Origin: Octopus vulgaris
Taxonomy: Eukaryota
NCBI GenBank assembly: GCA_951406725.2
Contig: OX597825.1
Span: 69,998,001-70,062,000 of the forward strand
Length of the DNA stretch: 64,000 nucleotides
Reading direction: 5' to 3'
The position numbers and the translations under genes are program-made. Shown here piece by piece: positions 26,141 through 40,908 of this stretch. Position 1 is the first letter of the stretch, and every line of letters begins with the position of its first letter. Below the pieces are notes generated by a model. The model was not told the origin of the DNA. It saw only the letters and a list, made by a program, of their open reading frames with translations, and made no database searches.

Positions 26141-27551
26141 CAGTCGATAGTACTTCTGCTTGGTTTTCACTGTTTCTGCCAAATTTCACGATTGGGCTGA
26201 CCAGACGCCGAAACAGAAGATACCAGACTTATAGGCCGGGCAATGGTTTTAAACCCAAAATCAGTAGTTCCGAATCGAACATTTTAACCGAACAGCCATG
26301 CGTATAGCTACCAGTAGCTTGAAATGTCATTTATTAATTTTCAGTGGACCCTTACAAGGTGAATATATAACTTACTAACAGATATACAGTATGAAACTGT
26401 CTGACATAAATGAACCTAATTAAGTGATATGAATCGATTGCTGCAAACTGGGAAAATGTTAAATTCGTAAGCTTATTAATGATGACAATGCCAAAAATGT
26501 ATAAAATGTGCTCTTAAATTTATGTTAAGATATTTAATATACTAATTAACCTCATGACATTTTCTCCACAAAGTATTTGATATCTTACACACTTAACTGA
26601 GGATCGAGTTGCGAGATGTGGGGTTATCCTTTGTAAAAGTACAGGCAATATGTAGCAAAATAAAATCACTTCAAAGAAATATGAAATATGAAAACAAAAA
26701 GTGTTATCAGGTCTCTTTTATACGTTTTTTTTTTTTTTTTTTTTTGCTAAAGTAGTCTTGAGGCTATTCTAGTGTAAGGGACTTATAAGAAAAAGGGAGC
26801 TATAAATTCAAAAGATGTTGATTGACAGAAGGCTTAAACCAGAGGAAACATAATGATGGTAGTGAGTTTCAGTGAACAGTAGTTTTATGAAAGAAGTTAT
26901 AATAACAAAAGGAAGCTCAACAGAGAAACGATGCACCTGAAGAGAGAAGCGGGTGAGACGTCAAAACGTCTTGACAGAGCTTAATAGAAGTGGCAGTTTA
27001 TCAGTGCAATGAGGATCGAAATACTTATAGAAACGACACAGCACAACGAAGATTCATTTCGGTGACAAGCCGAAGACTTCAACTTAGTAGTAAGAAGAGA
27101 CACCATGTTAACAAGTTGATATTGAATTCGACATGACATCTTGAGAATCTAAAGTAGTAGAAATTTTGGAATCGAGAAATGCGTCCTTGCATGAAAAGAA
27201 TCTTGCAATGTCTCTCGGTAATTGTTCAGTTATCACTACAATATTTGGAAAATTTACGTTCTAACCACAAAAGACTAGTAGTACTCGATATAAAATTAAT
27301 AATACTTACTGTATGAGAATATATAGGTGAAGGTAGGAGGTGGAATGGTAAGAGTTGTGGGCAAATACTTAAAGGTTTGTGTTACAGTTCAAATATTGCT
27401 GGGCTAATTTTTACCTTTCCTGCAACGACAAAGTAAACACCAGCCAAATACTGCAATAAATATTTTTATCTGAGCTATATATTCTTTTTTTATCCAAGAC
27501 AACCATTCCACTCTACCACACTGGAAAAATGTGAGTCACCAAAGCTATATA

Positions 27552-28116
27552 TTGGGTTGTCCGAAAAGTTCGTGCCGATTTATAGTAACTTACTTTTCGA
27601 CTTATTTTATAACATGGTTGAGTCCATAAAATAGGATTTGACTACACCTTCATTTAGAGCACAGTTCAAGCTATCTTTTCGTGGGAGAAGGTTTATGTTC
27701 CTATAACCTGGGTTAATTCTGTAACCCTTTAAAATGGAAGATAAAAAATTTCTTTTTCGGCACTTGATGCTTTGGGAACCTGTCAAAAATTGCTACAGCT
27801 CGGCTGGGATGTGTTACCCCACCCTCCATATTCACCAGATGTTGCTCCCTCGGATTTCCACTTATTCGGGTCTCTGCAGAATAGTATTAATGGAAAAATG
27901 TCAATTCCTTGGATGATGTAAAAAGATACCTTGATGAATTCTTTGCCATGAGACCACCTCAATTCTGGGAAGAGGGTATTTTAAAGCTAAAGGAAAGATG
28001 GAGATGCATTCTGCAAGAAAATAGTTCATATTTGGTTGATTAAAAATGTAATGGCAAATATTTATTGACCTTTTCCTTTCCTTTAAAAATCGGCACGAAC
28101 TTTCCGGACAACCCAA
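27552..28116 (+). mobile_element. Mariner internal-deletion derivative
   Basis: TIRs TTGGGTTGTCCG(G/A)AAAGTTCGTGCCGATTT, TA flanks, N-terminus MEDKKFLFRHLMLWE joined to C-terminal LGWDVLPHPPYSPDVAPSDFHLF. Confidence 0.93.
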
Positions 28117-29544
28117 TATTAAAACCGTCGATAATTTTCGTAAGACATTTTACCTGGGACAAATTCAACAATACGATGACTGACCACGCATGTAAATTCT
28201 TAAGAATGGGCAATAATTGAGAAACTGCAAACATTTATTCATATCAAATTATCCAAACACGTAATGTGTTACTCCGGTTGTTTATTGACCAAACAAAAAG
28301 CGTAATTAAGTCAGCAAGTTGATTAATGAAACGACGGACAGAGAGCAAATAGATGTCTACCACAGCAAATATTGTCTTCCACATTTGAAGCCGTAAAAGT
28401 CTATAAAACAGAAACATTTATTTCTGGGCAGTAAAATCGCTGACAAACATTGATCATATCTTTTAACGAAACACTTTTTTTAACATGTGTGTAGGGGGAG
28501 AGGAGGGTCATTTCATTTACTTTCCAATAGACAAGTCTCGTTTTTCCTCCTTTGTTTGTATTTGTTATTTTTCTATTATATTTAACTATACTTTCCTACA
28601 AAGAGAAACAAAAGCAGAAAACCTATAATGAAATTAATTCTTTTTTTTTTTGTTCGAACGCTGCTACATAAATAACCCAGAAAAAAATGTTGAATATTTT
28701 TATTTACATTTTTATTTTATTCGTTTATTTTTTCTTTTGTATGTATTAACCCTCTGGAGACATTTTTTGTCAAGATACACTGTCTTCAGCTTACAACAAT
28801 CACATCTCTGTTAAATTTCATGAGTCATATTACCGCCTCTGTGCAAACATTTTTTGCCAAATTAAATATATAAACAAATAAATATATATTTGTCAAAACT
28901 TTTACCTCCCTGTGTTTAAATATGTTTCCCATAAGCAATTTTCATTTTTGTAGTGCATACTTGCTAAGGGTGATAATGGTGATAATCTGACAATATCTCC
29001 TCCTATTTAGAGATATCATTGCCTGTTTCAGTGCATTGAACTTCTCGGTTAGACATAAAGTTCAGTTATAAATCATATATTAAGTCTGCTTTTCTTTCTT
29101 AACCAACGTTACGTGACATCGAAACCGGAGTCATGTCTTTGCGAAGCAAATTTATTTACTATACAGCCATGCATGAACTCCATAGCTGATGAACTTGTGT
29201 AAGGTCAATGGTTCTAGACTTCAAGTGAAATTAATTTCATTGATAAATCAATTACTGCTATCTGTTATCTTTTTCTTCTACTGTTGTTGCTGTCTAAGGT
29301 ATCCTCCAGCGAATAGATATATGATCAAAGTCTTTCCAGCTTTGATATCCAGACGTTTTTATGCTATTCATTATGACAATTCTTTCTTTTAGTAAGATAG
29401 ACATTGGTGCGGGATTTCTGTCTTTGTCACGGCTCAGTTGTTCAACTGATTTTGTTGATAAATTTTCAGGTCGGCTCTAATTCAGATAACGTACAGTCAA
29501 AAGTATTCAAACTGTTGTCAGTTAACTGCAATCACCTTTTCTTC

Positions 29545-29750
29545 GACGAGTTGACAGAGTCGTTAGCACAACGAACAAAATAGTTGACGGTCTTTCTTCC
29601 GGATCTGTATGTTCTGATGCAAATATCGCTGAGGCTAACTTTGCCTTTCATCCCTCCGTGGTCGATGAAATAAAGTACAAGTCAAATATTAGTAACAATG
29701 CTATTGATTTACTCCGCGAATTTGTTTTTCTCGTTCCCAAATCACAAACC
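29545..29750 (+). mobile_element. SINE family B, old diverged copy
   Basis: CTTTGCCTTTCATCCCTCCGTGGTCGATGAAATAAAGTAC. Confidence 0.65.
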
Positions 29751-29917
29751 ATTTTTGAAAGTGACAAATATGTGGCTATCAGATTTTGCTGCTATTTTTA
29801 GCAGGTTAACCTATAGCCTAGAGGTACTTTTTGGTTCATAGAGCTCCTTGAAAAGCTTCAAGATGTTGATGTTTCTCTTGCTCTTGCTCATTTCCTCTCA
29901 TGTGTACGTATATATAT

Positions 29918-30312
29918 GAGTGTGGCTGTGTGGTAAGATCACATTGGTCTCGGTTCAGTTCCACTGCATGACACCTTAGGCAAATGCCTTCTACTGTAGA
30001 CTCGGTCCGACCAAAGTTTCGAATAGATTTGGTAGACGGAAACTGAATGAAGTCTGTCGTATATATATTTATATATGTGTGTGTGTGTGAGTGTGTGTGT
30101 GTGTGTGTGTATGTTTCTTTGACTCTGTGTTTGTCTTCACATCACCACTTGACAAGCGGCGTTGTTGTGTTTACATCCACATAACTTAGCGGTTCGGCAA
30201 AAGAGACCGATAGAATAAGTACTAGGTTTACAAAGAATAAATCCTGAAGTTGATTTCTTCGACTAACACCCTTTAAGGCAGTGCTCCAGGAAATGACTGA
30301 AACAAGTAAAGG
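29918..30312 (+). mobile_element. SINE family A, near full length
   Basis: Head, TG tract and tail all present. Confidence 0.88.
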
Positions 30313-30331
30313 AATCAAAGTATGAAAGTAT

Positions 30332-30850
<519 letters not shown>

Positions 30851-30871
30851 CAATAAGATAATTGCAAGACG

Positions 30872-30937
<66 letters not shown>

Positions 30938-31775
30938 GCGTATGTGTGTGTACGTACGTGCGCGCATATGTCTATGTGTGTGCCTGTGTATACGTACATT
31001 AGTGAACCTTAACACTTAAAACCTAAAAAATAATCTATAAAATGAAGAAACAGTCACATGACTCACTGACGTCACATGACTTAATGATGTAAATGCATAT
31101 TCACCAAACTAAACAGTTTGTTGGTTTCCAATGGAGTGTTGCTTTGGGTTTACAAACCTCTGACATCAAATTCAATGAATTTGTGAATGACGAAGGGTAT
31201 CGATTAAAATTCTTCTCTAGAATTTACAATGCTAGTGCATCCGATGAAGACCATTGTCGTAAAATCGAATTTTGTTCTTTATCTTCCGAACATTACCAAA
31301 ATGAAATCACAGCGAATTTGAGATAATCAAATTAGGTTTACAGAATAGCTGTGCATCGTATTATATAATACAAGTTATATTATTTAAATTGAATTTATAG
31401 TCCGATTGCTTGCTTCAATCACTAACATAATAATAGTGTTATGACACAAAGCGTTTAATAAAATAGCTAAGCCTGCATCGACAAATCTATTTGTGCGTAA
31501 ATATATTTTTTATTGTCACAATTTAATTTAAATATATATATATACATGTGTACGTGTATCTGTATATGTGTATGAATGTATGTATGTATACACACATATA
31601 TATATATATATATATATATTCATACATACATTCATACACACTCACAAGCATATATATTCTTATAATTATATGTGTGATTGTATATATTTACATAGATATT
31701 TACATATATATATATCTGTATATATGTACCTATATATATACATAGGTATGTATATATATATATATATATACATAC

Positions 31776-31806
<31 letters not shown>

Positions 31807-32333
31807 CACACACACACATGCACATATGTATATTTATATATATATATATAACAGATACTTTTCTCTCGAGTTACCTTTATTGATTTTGATTTTAGTGACA
31901 AAATAATATTCGGGAAGCATCGAGCCAGTTAAAGTTTGTATTAACTTAGCAAATGCTTGAAAAATTTGTTGAAGCCTATTTACAAACTAGATGTGATTTC
32001 TATAAATATGCCAATTATTGTGAATATTATAAGAGTCCAGTTAATTATAAAGCGTTGTTGCAGCGTGGGCATTAAAAATTACACAATAGTTCCCTTGACA
32101 GGTAAGAGCTGTATTCAAGAACACAATATCGCTCATTATCGTTTTGTTAGTGAATCTCTAATTAATCACTCGTTTTGCTAGAAATTACTGTCATATGTCC
32201 TTCAATTCACACTCTTAAAAGTTTGCGAAGAAATGCTGGATAATTTTACCCAATATGTGGTACACTGACCCAAGGAGAGAAACAACGGAACGGTTATGTA
32301 TGGAGTGCATGTAAATAGGCTTCAACAAAAAAA

Positions 32334-32568
32334 GGCGGCGAGCTGGCAGAAACGTTAGCACGCCGGGCGAAATGCTTAGCGGTATTTCGTCTGCCGTTAC
32401 GTTGTGAGTTCAAATTCCGCCGAGGTCAACTTTGCCTTTCATCCTTTCGGGGTCGATAAATTAAGTACCAGTTATGCACTGGGGTCGATGTAATCGACTT
32501 AATACCTATGTCTGTCCTTGTTTGTCCCCTCTGTGTTTAGCCCCTTGTGGGTAATAAAGAAATAGGTT
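32334..32568 (+). mobile_element. SINE family B monomer
   Basis: Near-identical to the copies at 39237 and 45080. Confidence 0.92.
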
Positions 32569-33242
32569 ATGTAAGGAATGCATCCAATCTCAGGTAACCT
32601 GTATTAAGGCGGACCTATGGCTAAAAAAACACTAGGTATATAGTGTGACAGAGATGAATGGAAGGTTTGAGGTACGGATTCACGCGTCATTTTCGGTTTT
32701 ATCCAGTCAATTTCATAAATGGTATTAAGTGTGGTAGTTAACTTAAAACCAAGAACATCTAAAGCATCGAAATAATTACAAGACTTTGCCGGTCATACCT
32801 TCGTGGTCGATACTTTAAGTACCAGCTGAGCACTGGAGTCGAAGTAATCGACTTACCTCCTCCCTCGAAGTTTCTGGCCGTGTGCTAATGTTTGAAACCA
32901 ATTCTAAGACGCCTGTGTTTGGAGAAAGAAATAACGATTTTAAATCAATTTTTAAAGATAAATTTTAACAAAATTGCTTAAACAACTTATAACACAAGAG
33001 AGTGAGGAAGCTCACGTCTGCAAAATGCTTCACTTCACTAAATATTCAAAATCAGTACTATCTAACAGCATTGAATTAATTGTAAGAGGCGCTTCCGTCC
33101 TGGGCCTGGAAAAGGAAATAACGGTTGTAGAACATTTTAAAGAGATAACAGCAAAATTGTTTAAACAACATTTAACAGTATGGAAGCTAACCTCAACAAA
33201 GCGTTTCACCTTGCAAAAAACACTTCTATTCTGCCATTTTGA

Positions 33243-33807
33243 GGGTTTGTCCGGAAAGTTCGTGCCGATTTATATTAGCTTACCGTTCAACTTATTTTAG
33301 AACATGGTTGAGTTCATAAAATAGGATTTGACTATACCTACATTTAGAGCAGAATTTAAGTTCTCTCTTCGTAGAAGAAGGTTTATGTTCCTATAACCTG
33401 TGTTAATTCTGTAACCCTTTAAAATGGAAGATAAGAAAGTTCATTTTCGGCACTTGATGCTTTGGGAACCTGTCAAAAATTGCTGGAGCTCGGCTGGGAT
33501 GCGTTACTCTACCCTCCATATTCACCAGATATTGCTCTTTTCGATTTCCACTTATTCAGGTCTCTGCAGAATAATCTTAATGGTAAAAATTTCAATTCCT
33601 TAATTGACGTAAAAAGATACCTTGATGAATTCTTTGCCATGAAACCGCCTCAATTCTGGGAAGAGGGTATTTTCAAGCTAAAGGAAAGATGGAGAACCAT
33701 TGTGAAATAAAATGGTTCATATTTGGTTGATTAAAAATGTAATGGCAAATATTTATTGACCTTTTTCTTTCCTTTAAAAATCGACACAAACTTTCCGGAC
33801 AGCCCAG
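33243..33807 (+). mobile_element. Mariner internal-deletion derivative, second copy
   Basis: Same TIRs and same deletion junction as 27552; ORF 33462-33710 contains PPYSPDIALFDFHLFRSLQN. Confidence 0.93.
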
Positions 33808-33963
33808 TATTTAGCAACATTTCGCCCGTTTTTACTTCATGTTCTTAGTATAAATTTGCGCCGAGTACGACTTTATATTTTATCCTTTTGAAGGGCGATA
33901 ACATAAGTACCGTTCGAGGACTGGGGTCGAGGTAATCGAGTTACTTTCTACTCCGAAATTACA

Positions 33964-34041
33964 TTAAAAATGTAATGGCAAGTATTTATTGACCTTTTTC
34001 TTTCCTTTAAAAATCGGCACGAATTTTTCCAGACAACCCAA
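33964..34041 (+). mobile_element. Isolated right end of the same mariner
   Basis: AAAATCGGCACGAATTTTTCCAGACAACCCAA right TIR. Confidence 0.85.
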
Positions 34042-35635
34042 TGATATCAGATAGACTAACGACACGTAGGGAATTCTATAACAAGCTTTATATTTTTGTG
34101 ATAGAAATTTATGCGAGAATACAATGTTTTCTTTTTTCTGCTGCATTCCTTCGAGTATATTTTCTTTACATGACACCATTTGCCGACCAGACATAGACAT
34201 ATATAAGACAACTATTCCAAATTCATTCTCACTGCACGCTACCTTGAGTACGTGTCTTCTACTGCAACCCAGGGTCTGTGTGTATCTGTGTTTGTGTGAG
34301 TGTGTGTAGTTCTTTGTAGTGAAAGAGATTGTCTTCGACTAATTATCTAATGTGCACTTTAATATTTTAAGGAAGATAGAACGTAATTGGAGCGACATAA
34401 TGCTGCTACTTCTAGTAAATTGATCGATCGTGTAACGTCTCTTTCTCTTGTTGGCTACGTTTAGAATAAAGCAAGAACATTGTAGTATATATAAGGAGTA
34501 TCTGAAATCTACTAAATTATAAATGACAGATATGTATGACTTTCTTAATGTTCATAACTGCTGGATTTCATTTATTTCTCGCGTCTTGCCGCTTGAAAAT
34601 CAATATATTCGATTATATCGATATGTTTTTTCGTCTTGGTTATTATCTATTCGATCTATCGATCAAAGGAAACTTGTGTGGCTCTTTCCATGGTGGTGAA
34701 GAATTTTAGATTGGTTTCTCTTCCTAAGTCAATTGCAATGAAAAAATAACATTGTAAGAAAAGAACATTATTAAACAACATTATCGAGTATTTTGTAAGA
34801 ACAAAACGAAGGAAAATCACAAAAAATAGTATAAAAGAAATATTATAAAAACATTATTAAACAAGATTGTATAACATCATAATAAACCATTATTAGCTCT
34901 TATATAACATTATGGAAGAAAGAAAAAACATTAAAAACTAAACGCTATAAAATAATATAATGAAACAATATCATAAAAGCAACACTATAAGACATTATGA
35001 TATAACATTATGAACCGCCATGATATAAAAAATGGTTATAAAACAACATGAAATAATAACAATATAAAGACGTGTTAAAAGAGCATAATAAAAAAGGATT
35101 ATCAAACGAAACAATTTTTTTTTAATCAAATAATATCAAAATACTAATAAAAAATGTGATGCAGAAATACTGTAACGGAACATTATACAGCAACATTATA
35201 AAACATTTTTTAAAAAATATTAATTTTTTATACTTGAAATTCTAGATGTCTGTGTTTAATTTTTCCTCTGATCAACTCATTGGTGCTGTTGTGAACAAAA
35301 TTTTAGTAATTTAATCTTTGGTTTCCTTTGAAAATTCAAAGAATATCATCTTATTTGTTCCAGAAACGGAAATGTTTTAATGGTCTCCGAACAGGTACAA
35401 AACGCAGTAAATATGATTTAATGTGAAAGAATACTAAAGCTTTATTTCATTCAGCGAGCGTAATGCGTTTAGTAAGCATGTATCAAAATACAGATTCCTA
35501 CACTTTTTTTTTTTCAACATAAAGGCTGAGATTTTAAGTTGATCACATTAGCTGATTATGTCGACATTAGTACTTGACTGGTACTTTATTTTCTAAGCTG
35601 CAGAAGGATAAAAGACAAAGTCGATTTGTTACATA

Positions 35636-36013
35636 CACTACCGTCAGAAATTAATTAGCACCCTTGATTTGCTCTTCACTCAAGGTATGTGCTGTCACCT
35701 AGTGGCCATATCTCGAACTATTGCTTTGTTGCGAGTTCACTGTTGCGCAGAATGATGACGTAACTTTGTTTGCAGAGCAGTTTGAGAGTCTACAGCCTTA
35801 TGATGTTGACATAGCAGTGCAACAAATTGGAGTGCGGATGCAGACAAATCTTCCTTTGTTTAATAGATATAGGTAGCGCCTTCGCAAGGACCGAAATCAC
35901 ACCATACTAAGTTTTCTCATCGCGTAAAACGTTTTGAACAGCTCATAGGTTAATTGATTTAACCTATTTAATGTAGAAATTTGAGAAGTGCTAATTAATT
36001 TCTGACGCAGGTG
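35636..36013. mobile_element. Tc1/mariner-type MITE
   Basis: TIRs CAC...CGTCAGAAATTAATTAGCAC at both ends, flanked by TA. Confidence 0.8.
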
Positions 36014-36874
36014 TAGGGACAAGATCACAGATTTTCTATTTACTCGTTGAGTCTGGAGGAAAAGGCAGTGGCCATGGCTTTTGCAAGGCTTCCAGTACCA
36101 CTGAGTTTGATGAAAAGAAGCGTTGACGTCTGTGGGTTTTACAGTGATAACTTGAATATGCTGTGTTTGTTGTACTAGTGAGTGTGGTACTATAACTATC
36201 ACGCTAATGCATTTAGCGAACTGAAAACGACAAGACAATGTCGTAACAATCTAAATTGCACAATTTGAGAATTAGACATCATATCTGTGTATATAATAAA
36301 CCCTTCAACTTAAAAAGGCATAAAATTCGTATCAGTATGTATATACGTATGCATGCGCACACATATATATTTAAAAATATATTTCCTTAAGAGCGAAATT
36401 ATTATATATAAAGTCTTCTTAAAAAGGAAATTTACGCAGATGTAGAAGGAATATTTTGTGTAAGAATTTTTCGTATGTATAGATTGTTTGAAGTGGCGTA
36501 CGGATTTCATATATTGGGAAAAAGGAGATAGTTCGCATTTTTGATAATTATTTATTACCACTTTGATCACTTTTCCGAGACTCATCAGATGTGATTTTAA
36601 CGGAAAGTTTTATGCCTTTTTATATAAAGATAGGAAGAAAGAAAGATACTTTCCTTCTTTCTCCCATTTTTTTCTCTGATCAAATCTTCAAAAATTCACA
36701 TCTCATAGATGCTGGCACACATGCATATGCAGACATACACAACCATGACAGAAGTTAATAGACACACCATAAAACATTGTTTTATGTTTATTATAACTTG
36801 TAAGAGTTTACATTTTTATTAGTTGACATTTTTATGTTTCAGATTCTATGTGTGACTGTTTAAAGTACAAAAGA

Positions 36875-37070
36875 AACCTTGGAACTGTCTGAACTTCAAA
36901 GAGGCCGTATTGTGGATCATTCTGAAGGTGGACATAGCGTAAAAACGCAGAAAGCCTTGGGATTTCGCTCCCTACAGTTAGTGGAATGATTGTGCAATTC
37001 ACCAGAGAGGAGAAGGGGTCTACATCACCTCGGCCAGATCAATCATGGCCCTCTGAAAGGACCCTTCTCT
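36875..37070 (+). pseudogene. Tc1 transposase N-terminal HTH remnant
   Basis: ELSELQRGRIV..EGGHS..AESLGISLPTVSGMIVQFTRE, with a frameshift. Confidence 0.7.
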
Positions 37071-37779
37071 TTGTTATATGTATATATAAATGTGTATAAA
37101 TAGATATATATACATATACATACATATATATATATATACATTTATATATAATTATACATTCACACACACACACGCACACATACACACACATATAATATAT
37201 ATATATACGCGTTAATGTCAAACAATGAGAATGAGTGTTCAACACTGTATTTGTGGATGAAAATTCTTTATTTATGGGTTAAGGCTACCATTGGTTTCAT
37301 GTTAGTAGGTGTCCGTTAACAATTATCAACTTTGTCAAATGGAACATCGGTACTTGTCGCCATCTTGGATTAAAACGTATGTGTGTGTATGTGTGCGTGT
37401 GTGTGTGTGTATTAATGCCCACCTACTACACGTTATCACCGCGTTCTCGCCCACGTGATAAAAATACTAATAATTACTACTATAAAGTTCCCCTTTTTTT
37501 CACCTCTTCAGTGTATCCATTTCAAGTTTTTATATTTTACATTAAACATGTAAATCTTTCCCTCTAGTTCACTTGTGATATTCTTGCTGGCGGCGTATTT
37601 GAAAAATTAATAAGAGTTTCTTGTAGCTCTGTTATAATCACATTTTGACAGAAAATTTAAATGTCATTGATACATAGATAACTCATGTGATCAAATTTAT
37701 TGTGAAGAAATTCACAAGCCTTGCAGGGTTATAACGGCATTTTAATTGGTGATTATGCAAAAATCTCAAGAATGTAGAT

Positions 37780-38021
37780 AGCTGTGTGTTTATGTGTGTG
37801 TATGTGTGTGTGAGCCTGTATCCGTATCTATGTGTATATATATATATGTATATATATATATATGTGTGTGTGTGTGTGCGTGTGTGTGTATGTATACATC
37901 TAGGCATGTATGTATATGTATGTATATACATATGTAAAGATGAGACACAAATGTAAATACCTCCACATGTATGTATGTTCAAACGCATGTATGTAGATAT
38001 ATATATGCATTTGCATGCATG

Positions 38022-38056
<35 letters not shown>

Positions 38057-38183
38057 CTGTGTGTGTGCATGTATGTTACGTATATATGTATGTATGTTTG
38101 TATGTATGTATGTATAAAATCACATACGAATGCATATATATATGTATATACGTGGGTGTAGATATTGATAGAAGATAATACAG

Positions 38184-38226
<43 letters not shown>

Positions 38227-38228
38227 AT

Positions 38229-38284
<56 letters not shown>

Positions 38285-38303
38285 ATTGCATATATACATA
38301 TAA

Positions 38304-38340
<37 letters not shown>

Positions 38341-38530
38341 CACATATATACACACATATATATACACACATTCGTGCTTATATAAAGATAATATGCAAAT
38401 GCAGAGACATCCACTTATGTATTTATATTCGTATGTATATATGTATGTATATGTGCATTTATATTTATATATATTTATCTGTAGATATATGTGTGTGTGT
38501 ATGTGTGTGTATGTGTGTGTATGTATGCAT
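37780..38530. repeat. Long degenerate TA/TG/CA microsatellite field
   Basis: Directly visible. Confidence 0.95.
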
Positions 38531-38781
38531 GATTAAAAACACATATGTATGTCCTTCTTCAATTCGATCATCTCAATATATTTCAGAGTCAGCCCCTCCC
38601 ACTGTACTCGGCGATGAACAGGTGTAAGTAGTTGGAATATAACTAATGATATTTATGACACCTGCATCTGCAGCAATGAATTAAATGTGAAATACAGAAA
38701 AACAAAGTCAACGATATTGTGAACTGACATTTGCAATAGATACCTAAACAGACATTTTCTTTCATATTTATCATTATGCAC

Positions 38782-38837
<56 letters not shown>

Positions 38838-39236
38838 CATACACCAGCATATATGCAAGCTAATACATACTAACATACACAGTGAAGGAAGCTATGACAT
38901 ACTCCCACGCATATGTACATAGATACATACATAAATAGACACACAAACATATATATGTATACATATATGTACATACATGTATATATATTGAGTCGAAACA
39001 GGGGCAGCTGAAGAAGGGGAATGTTCCTTGTATTGTTTGTCTTGTACTCTGTTTTTTTCGTTGTTAAAAAAGTCCGTTTCCTTGTTTGATTTTATGTTTT
39101 CGTTTCTCGTTGTGTTCTAAGCCTATTTGTGGTGTCCTGTACTCATATATGCATGTATATATATATATATAGATGTAGGTACGTACATATATGTATGTAT
39201 GCATCTGTTTTATTTATTAAATTGTCATATCCATAA

Positions 39237-39462
39237 GGCGGCGAGCAGGCAGAATCGTTAGCACTCCGGGCGAAATGCGTAGCCGTATTTCGTCTGCCGT
39301 TACGTTCTGGGTTCAAATTCCGCCGAGGTCGACTTTGCCTTTCATCCTTTCGGGGTCGATAAATTAAGTATCAGTTACGCACTGGGGTCGATGTAATCGA
39401 CTTAATCCGTTTGTCTGTCCTTGTTTGTCCTCTCTGTGTTTAGCCCTTTGTGGGTAGTAAAG

Positions 39463-39465
<3 letters not shown>
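39237..39465 (+). mobile_element. SINE family B monomer
   Basis: Matches the other family B copies end to end. Confidence 0.92.
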
Positions 39466-39509
<44 letters not shown>

Positions 39510-39979
39510 CATATATATGTATATATACATACGTATATTTGTTTATTTATTATACATGTACATATGCAGAAAATATATATATATTCACGCTCACGTAAAT
39601 ATATGCAGGTGTGCGGCGTGTGTGTACCTGCAAACATGTATGTATAGCAAAGCAGCTTTGATATCTAATCACTGATAGAGAACAACGACTCACCAAACGG
39701 TCGGTGCTATGACTTTTTGTTTCAATGCATTATACTCACGAGAGAACCAAATATATATATATACGGCATAAAAAAGCAGGAAATATTTAGTCACTTCGGG
39801 TTGCCTCATATAGTGTATTCTTCCTTAGGTGCCAACGAATAAAACTCTTGGTTCTCTTTGACAAAGGCCGTCATTACAAGAAAGATAATCATCTACATGA
39901 AGTGGGATCACAACAGATTTGAATTTGTAATTGTAGAATCCGAGGAGAATGCTTAGATTTGCTATATTTAATTATATAC

Positions 39980-40165
39980 TACTTTACTTACTTTCACGAG
40001 CACCGCGTTTCGTCGAGCAAATGGACCCCAGGACTTATACTTTGGAAGCCCAGTACTTATTCTATCGACACTTTTGCCGAACCGCTAAGTTACAGAGACG
40101 TAAACACACCAGCATCGGTTGTCAAGAGATGTTGGGGAGACAAACACAGACACACAAACATGCAC

Positions 40166-40196
<31 letters not shown>

Positions 40197-40341
40197 CATA
40201 TATACGACGGGCTTCTTTCAGTTTCCGTCCACCAAATCCACTCACAAGGCTTTGGTCGGCCCGAGGCTATAGTAGATGACACTTGCCCAAGGTGCCACGT
40301 GGTTGTTAAGCAAGCACTTACCACACAGTCACTCCTGCGTC
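39980..40341 (-). mobile_element. SINE family A with small deletions
   Basis: Matches family A. Confidence 0.9.
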
Positions 40342-40344
40342 TAA

Positions 40345-40908
40345 GTGTACAAGAGTGTGTGCACAACGACTGAACGAGAAATTCGTTTTATGAATTCATC
40401 TCTGTCAATTATTAAGCAGAATAGAAAAATAAATTTCAAATACAAACCACGAAAATATCGAATATGTATATTTATATATTTTGCACTATTTCATTCTTTT
40501 TAGAAAACGTTTGCATGACATAACCATTAACTTAATAATTAGATATAATACAAACAGACATTTCACAATATATAGCAGCTGTTGATATCGTGATTAACAT
40601 GATAATATCATATTAATTAACCTGGAAATGACAAAAGAATGGAATTGTTTTTTTTTCATGAAATACTGACAAAGAAAAAGAATATAATTTATGGAAAGTA
40701 TCATCCCACCAGAAGAATATATAATGATTTGCAATGTCTAATTAGATAGTAGAAATTATGAAGTTGAATGACACATATAGATTTAAGGTGTCCAGGAGTG
40801 TGTGCACAGCGACTGAACGAGAAATTCGTTTCATGAATTCATCTCTGTCAATTATTAAGCAAAATAGAAAAATAAATTTCAAATACAAACCACGAAAATA
40901 TAGAATAT
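40345..40908 (+). repeat. About 120-bp direct repeat (40345-40465 and 40788-40908)
   Basis: GAGTGTGTGCACA.CGACTGAACGAGAAATTCG...CAAACCACGAAAATAT.GAATAT occurs twice, 443 bp apart. Confidence 0.92.
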
